From the IMG/VR virus record IMGVR_UViG_3300037424_000434, positions 64,001-128,000 of that record: a stretch of DNA of 64,000 nucleotides. The stretch is one strand, 5' to 3'. Below are positions 58,934 to 64,000 of this stretch, one piece after another (positions within the stretch are counted from its first letter, which is position 1; each line of letters starts with the position of its first letter). Under the pieces are notes generated by a model, which had not been told where the DNA came from, made no database searches, and was given only the letters and a program-made list of their open reading frames with translations. Both the position numbers and the translations under genes were made by a program. This DNA is from a virus (lineage: Duplodnaviria > Caudoviricetes).

Positions 58934-59239
58934 ATGAAATTTAAGGATTTTTTGAAAGAAGGCGTCTATAAAACAGATAACTGGAATCTCGAAGACATTA
59001 CTTTCCGGTTGGAACAGGCCCGCGCTCAGCTCAAATTCATTGAAGCCGAAATGAAGGTTCTTTCAAAAAAACCTATACCTCCCGGTGACATGAACAAGAA
59101 ATTGGCGTGGGATAATAAAACAGAGGCACTTGAGGCCAGATATGAAGCAACAAGAACAAAAATCAAAAACTTCTCAGAAAAGTTGGCTAGACACCAAGAG
59201 AAAATGAGGGGTGGTTCTGACCGGAGGGCGAGTCACTAA
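58934..59239 (+). CDS. Putative capsid-internal protein
   Basis: MKFKDFLKEG; GATAAATA at 58908. Confidence 0.65.
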   Translation: MKFKDFLKEGVYKTDNWNLEDITFRLEQARAQLKFIEAEMKVLSKKPIPPGDMNKKLAWDNKTEALEARYEATRTKIKNFSEKLARHQEKMRGGSDRRASH

Positions 59240-60984
59240 TGGGAATTTCACGTAGTCAACTTATAGGCAAAGTTCGCAGACGTTTAGGTGAGCCTATGGT
59301 GAAGGTCGAGCTTTGTGATGTGCAAATTATCGATCATATTAATTATGCCCGCCAGAAGTGGCTGAAATGGGCGACCAGTAATGCCACACAGGACGTATAT
59401 TTTACTGTTCTGCTTCAGGCAGGGAAAAAGTTTTATGATCTTCCTGCGGGTATTCTTGATGTTATTGCTTATGATGATGAACCTATACAGTCAGGTGGAA
59501 TCAATACTCTATTCACAATAGACAATATGATGTTCTCAAGTGGGTTTTATGGGAACATGTTTTGGGGTGGATATGATTTAGTGAGTTATCATTTGGTTCA
59601 GGATTTCATGAAGACCATGAGAAAATACCGTGCAACCCCATATAATTGGAGATACCATAAATCAACAAATCAATTGGAGATCAATCCGACTCCCGGCACA
59701 AGCAATGGATTATTGGATGTGCAGTGGACAAATCCCAGCACAGGTATAGTTGATACAGTGGCTGTTGATTCTCCGGGATGGATTATGCTCCGTTGTTTTA
59801 CTGCATCAGGGGCTACTCTCCCTAATTATTCTCCCGCATGGAGTGATGTGCTTAAGGAAAAAAAGGTTATAGTCGAATCCATCACAGTATCAGCACAAGA
59901 CGTGGTTAACAAATATGTTACATTAAAACATACTCCAGCACCATGCCCAAGTGATACCACTGATTATAATATAATAGAAGATACGAGTGTTTCTGTTGGT
60001 GGTCTCACTAGAACAAAAACCATAGAATGGGATTTTTATACAAAAAATCTTCGGGTTATCACATGGGATGGGTTTACTCTTGATGGTGAAATTTCTGCGG
60101 GTGATATAATCAATGTCAAATATCCCGTAATATTTCAATCACAACTATACCAAGACGAGGATTGGACGAGTGTTTCTGAAACGTGTGTTGAAACAGAACA
60201 CTATCAATTATATCCAAATGATATTGTCGCAAAGGAAATCACCTTGCAGCGTACTGTTTGGGAAGATAATATAAGAGTCTCTGTCGGAAAAGTTGATCAT
60301 GTATATTCTGTTGATTATATAGTAAACCCTTATGACAAAAAAACTATATCATGGGCAGATCTTGGACTAGAAAATATTGTTGTCGAGGGTGATATTATAG
60401 AGATAACATATGTTCATGCTACAGGAACGGTCATAACAGATCCGTCATATACTGGCGGGCAGTCAATGATAAAACAATATGTCACAAAAATAGAAAATCT
60501 CACAGTATCCGCTCAGAATGTTATTGATGGGTATTTGACCGTTCTTGATGATACTGTTGCGGTGGGAGATGGGGTTAAACTTTCTATCGGCGGGATGAGC
60601 AAAGTCTACAACAAAGACTACACAATAGTTAACGATGAAATAAACAACAAGTTCACTGTTAGGTGGGTTGGATATGCCATGGCACCCCTTGTCGCAGAAA
60701 ATGATTCTATAATCATGACATACACTTCATCTGTTCCCATTATGTCAGAGCTTGATGAGTCACTGTACGACGAAGATTGGATTTTTGATTATGTAACAGC
60801 GATGTCTAAGATATCTCTAGGGTTGATTAGACGTAAATTTTCTAATTTTAGTTCTTTGGGAAATCAAGGAATTACAATGGATGGTGATTCACTGGTGAGC
60901 GAGGGAAACACAGAAAAAGAGTATCTGGAACAGACCCTTAGAGACGAAGAACCTTTCGAGGGGTATGGGATTGAACTTGCTTGA
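59239..60984 (+). CDS. gp13: Neck protein (gp13-like) with three inserted repeat domains
   Basis: RRLGEPMVKVEL...I..A; DEDWIFDYVTAMSK..LG..RRKF...G.GITMDGD.L..EG..E...L. Confidence 0.85.
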   Translation: MGISRSQLIGKVRRRLGEPMVKVELCDVQIIDHINYARQKWLKWATSNATQDVYFTVLLQAGKKFYDLPAGILDVIAYDDEPIQSGGINTLFTIDNMMFSSGFYGNMFWGGYDLVSYHLVQDFMKTMRKYRATPYNWRYHKSTNQLEINPTPGTSNGLLDVQWTNPSTGIVDTVAVDSPGWIMLRCFTASGATLPNYSPAWSDVLKEKKVIVESITVSAQDVVNKYVTLKHTPAPCPSDTTDYNIIEDTSVSVGGLTRTKTIEWDFYTKNLRVITWDGFTLDGEISAGDIINVKYPVIFQSQLYQDEDWTSVSETCVETEHYQLYPNDIVAKEITLQRTVWEDNIRVSVGKVDHVYSVDYIVNPYDKKTISWADLGLENIVVEGDIIEITYVHATGTVITDPSYTGGQSMIKQYVTKIENLTVSAQNVIDGYLTVLDDTVAVGDGVKLSIGGMSKVYNKDYTIVNDEINNKFTVRWVGYAMAPLVAENDSIIMTYTSSVPIMSELDESLYDEDWIFDYVTAMSKISLGLIRRKFSNFSSLGNQGITMDGDSLVSEGNTEKEYLEQTLRDEEPFEGYGIELA

Positions 60985-61048
60985 TATGGCCCTCCAATAA
61001 AAGAGCACAGGATTTGGATAGTAATAGATCGGGTAGAGGAGTTATGAC

Positions 61049-61282
61049 ATGACACAATTAGATCCCAAATGGATAAAATTAGACGACACCAAACTTGCGT
61101 TGTTTGATAACAATGGGGTTAACGAACTTTCACTGAAAGATGATATTATTCTTGCTGGTATTAACGTTGAGTTGGTTAACAGTGGCAAAATACAGGTCAG
61201 ATATCTATCAGAAGGTGCCCCCACAGAAGATGTCAGGGACATGTCCAGAGACTTCTGGATTCAAGTGCCCGATCAAGTATAA
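61049..61282 (+). CDS. Hypothetical late protein
   Basis: GAGG RBS; 77 aa between gp13 and gp14. Confidence 0.55.
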   Translation: MTQLDPKWIKLDDTKLALFDNNGVNELSLKDDIILAGINVELVNSGKIQVRYLSEGAPTEDVRDMSRDFWIQVPDQV

Positions 61283-61292
61283 GGAGTGTTGA

Positions 61293-62726
61293 ATGGCTAT
61301 TAGTTGTCCACCAAATTGCATTAAAGGCACACCTCTCTGGAGTCTGTATGATGTAACAGACACCAATCCAGAGTTTTGTCTTTTTGATTCTGTGATAGGT
61401 GAGTATACTGATATTGCCGGTTTCCCTGTATTATATTATAGAGCAAAATCCAAGCTAGACAGGCTGTACGGGGAAGATGCCAATCAAGATTTTTATGAGC
61501 CCCAGAAAACCAAATTATACTATCAACCAACAGAAGAGCCAAACATTATAGACGGTATGGGTATTCGATCTGATGAGACCCTGCAATACTCGTTATTGCC
61601 CAAATCAACCTTTTCAAGGGACATTGGGGGTTCGGTCTCGGGTGTACCAGCGTCAATTAATAATGCTTACGGTGGGACCAGTTACTCTACAAGACAATCA
61701 GTGTTAACAACAGGTGGGAGCGGAACAGGTCTACGTGTTGATATTGTCACTGGAAGTGGAACCATAACCAAGATAACAATCAATGCATATAATCCCGGTA
61801 GTGGATATATGGTTGGGGATACTATATCAATAGTCGGTGGGGATTCAAACTCTACATTTGACATTGCTAGCGTAAAGACCGTGGATATTGGGCCTATGCC
61901 CGGTGATGTTATAAAAACATTGTGGAACAATAGAAATTATGAAGTGGTTGATATCGGCGCAGAACAATCCATTTTTATGGGCAGAAAATTAATATGGGAA
62001 TTTATTCTTAGACCATTTAGATTCAGCGAACAATCACTTAAAGCAGAAGAGATTTACCGCAGCAAGGTTACTTGGAACATGGTTTATATATATCCTGATG
62101 GACTTACTGCTGATGTAACGTATGCAGACGGTACGGAAGTATTGGGCGTTCCTTTCGATGAGTTGGGTATAGACGCAAGTGAACTTGCATGTGGATCAAC
62201 ATATCACAGAAATTCAGATGGCAGCTTCGACATAATGACTCCTTCGGTTGATGTTGAAGAAGACTATTTCCCACACCCTACATATGAACTGACAGCCAAG
62301 CCAGTGGAGGACAAACTTATAACATCATTTGGAGATAATGAATTCGTGGAAACAGAATCAAACAGAATTGATGGATACGATAATATAGACGATATAATGT
62401 TTAGCTATGCCAACTCCACACCTGTTGTGTATGGTACATCTGTTAATGCGGTTATAACACAAACTGATATAAATGGTTTCTCTCAATTCAACTCAATTGA
62501 AGGAGAGAAATACACCCTTGAGTTCATATTGGATGCTAGTTATCTTTATATAGTTACTCCAGTATCTGTTAATTTGTATGAATATATAATCAATGGTCTT
62601 GCAGTGGTATTCGAAGAAACAACAGATAACTTTTTGTTTGATGGAGAGGCCTATACTTGTACAATACACAAGTCTCAATATAAAATAAACGGTAGAGTCG
62701 TTCTAGATTTGATACCGGTAGGGTAA
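61293..62726 (+). CDS. gp14: Neck protein (gp14-like) with an inserted GxGY module
   Basis: E.TDIAGFPV.YY...D.LYGED...F; MGIRSDE; PMPGDVI; position after gp13. Confidence 0.75.
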   Translation: MAISCPPNCIKGTPLWSLYDVTDTNPEFCLFDSVIGEYTDIAGFPVLYYRAKSKLDRLYGEDANQDFYEPQKTKLYYQPTEEPNIIDGMGIRSDETLQYSLLPKSTFSRDIGGSVSGVPASINNAYGGTSYSTRQSVLTTGGSGTGLRVDIVTGSGTITKITINAYNPGSGYMVGDTISIVGGDSNSTFDIASVKTVDIGPMPGDVIKTLWNNRNYEVVDIGAEQSIFMGRKLIWEFILRPFRFSEQSLKAEEIYRSKVTWNMVYIYPDGLTADVTYADGTEVLGVPFDELGIDASELACGSTYHRNSDGSFDIMTPSVDVEEDYFPHPTYELTAKPVEDKLITSFGDNEFVETESNRIDGYDNIDDIMFSYANSTPVVYGTSVNAVITQTDINGFSQFNSIEGEKYTLEFILDASYLYIVTPVSVNLYEYIINGLAVVFEETTDNFLFDGEAYTCTIHKSQYKINGRVVLDLIPVG

Positions 62727-62728
62727 AT

Positions 62729-63169
62729 ATGGCCAACTTAATAGGAACCAGAGTAGTTCAGCCAATAGTACCCAATAATTCAGCAGATACTTATCCTACA
62801 CATTACGATGAGTATGGAAAAGGTGGGTATCAGAGTGTAGACACTTTATATGACAGAGACAATATACCAATAGATCGACAGAAACTGGGTATGGGTGTAT
62901 TCGTTAATGCCACCCAAAAATTGTACATACTTATTTCCAAATCAGAAACATTATCAGATTTAAATTGGTTTATTTTTGTTAGTAGTAGCGGTACCGGTAT
63001 TATTATATCAGAAACCGAGCCACTAAATCCAGAAATAGGGGCACTATGGCTCAACTCTTTGACAAACGATATGTCATTGTATATTGGTGGATCATGGGTT
63101 CTGTTTGTATACAAAAGCACTATGGCATCCGATACAGGAGATCTAGTGTTGAATGGTGGATACTTTTAA
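62729..63169 (+). CDS. Virion/fibre-associated protein
   Basis: GGYQSV....RDNIP..RQKLGM.VFV module; ISETEP....GALW.NS; ends LNGGYF. Confidence 0.65.
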   Translation: MANLIGTRVVQPIVPNNSADTYPTHYDEYGKGGYQSVDTLYDRDNIPIDRQKLGMGVFVNATQKLYILISKSETLSDLNWFIFVSSSGTGIIISETEPLNPEIGALWLNSLTNDMSLYIGGSWVLFVYKSTMASDTGDLVLNGGYF

Positions 63170-63214
63170 TAAATATAATTAATGAAATGTGATGTGATGT
63201 AAAGGGAAAAATGA

Positions 63215-64000
63215 ATGGCTAATACTATTAAAATCAAAAGATCGTTGGTTACTGCTTCTCCGGCAACTCTGGCAGAAGGCGAACTAGCATATTCAGAAGT
63301 ATCCGGAACTTTGTTTATCGGTACAAGTGGTGATAATATAGCCGCTATAGGCGGAACCGGGGCTTTAGGAACATCATTTAATACCATATCAGTTTCGGGT
63401 CAAAATGATGTGGTTGCTGACACGTCCTCTGACACCCTGACCCTTATAGCCGGAACAAATGTCACCATTGCAACAAACGCCACAACCGATACTATAACAA
63501 TATCATCAACTGATACAACATATACTGCGGGGACCGGTATTACATTGACAGCGGGGCAGTTTGATGTAGATCTGTCAGAACTGTCAATCTCTGTTACTGA
63601 TGCTGATGGCGCATTTTTTGTGGTGGTCGATTCTATAGGGGATCAACGTAGATTAACAAAGGCTAATGTAAATTTAACAGGATTTAATAATGATGGTGGA
63701 TGGACTTCCAACACAGGAACCGTTACATCTATCGCTGCGGGTAATGGTCTTGATTTTACCACAATTACCACTTCTGGATCAATAACACTGGGAACCCCAA
63801 GCACCGTATCAGATATCACTACCAACTCATTGTCGTTGAACAGTCACACTCACGCTGTTGCCGGGTTTGTACCGTCATCATATCTTGATACAGATGTAAC
63901 TCTTGCGGCCAACTCTGATACCAAAGTTGCCACTCAAAAAGCAATCAAAACATATACCGATAACATAATTGCCGCTGCTAATGCAACGATATATAAAGGG
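63215..64000 (+). CDS. Tail-fibre-like protein, truncated by the window end
   Basis: MANTIKIKRS...PATLAEGELAYSE; ADTSSDTLTLIAGTNVTI; YTAGTGITL; Thr/Ser-rich; open to 64000. Confidence 0.8.
   Translation, partial: MANTIKIKRSLVTASPATLAEGELAYSEVSGTLFIGTSGDNIAAIGGTGALGTSFNTISVSGQNDVVADTSSDTLTLIAGTNVTIATNATTDTITISSTDTTYTAGTGITLTAGQFDVDLSELSISVTDADGAFFVVVDSIGDQRRLTKANVNLTGFNNDGGWTSNTGTVTSIAAGNGLDFTTITTSGSITLGTPSTVSDITTNSLSLNSHTHAVAGFVPSSYLDTDVTLAANSDTKVATQKAIKTYTDNIIAAANATIYKG

Overview
A 64-kb segment of a large AT-rich T4-like (myovirus-type) phage genome. It has sigma70-like early promoters (TTGACA-N17-TATAnT) and T4-type late promoters (TATAAATA). Left arm (1-21.8 kb): small accessory genes around a largely non-coding, origin-like region at about 3.5-6.4 kb. 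21.8-31.5 kb: putative capsid-internal proteins, a CCA-adding enzyme, and a Ro60/TROVE gene preceded by two Y-RNA-like hairpin RNAs. 31.7-64 kb: head, packaging and neck genes (gp4, gp2, portal gp20, protease gp21 with an intein, scaffold gp22, capsid gp23, gp16, PhoH, gp17, gp13, gp14, fibre genes) with many free-standing endonuclease genes. The most striking feature is the large terminase, encoded as four separate ORFs. They can be rejoined only through three atypically split inteins (IntN 30, 34 and 37 aa) plus one contiguous Gln-ending LAGLIDADG intein. In-silico ligation restores Walker A, Walker B, the coupling motif and the QEFxCEF motif in a 514-aa TerL. Other notable items: a late-promoter-driven orphan PAS-GAF sensor coupled to a membrane protein; an IS607 tnpA interrupted by a LAGLIDADG gene that captured its tail; an endonuclease flanked by a duplicated phoH 3' end; seven small proteins sharing an EDLFxL-type C-terminal tail; and an SSB-tail (DDDIPF) mimic. 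All calls come from reading the sequence and ORF track by eye; no database searches or folding programs were run.
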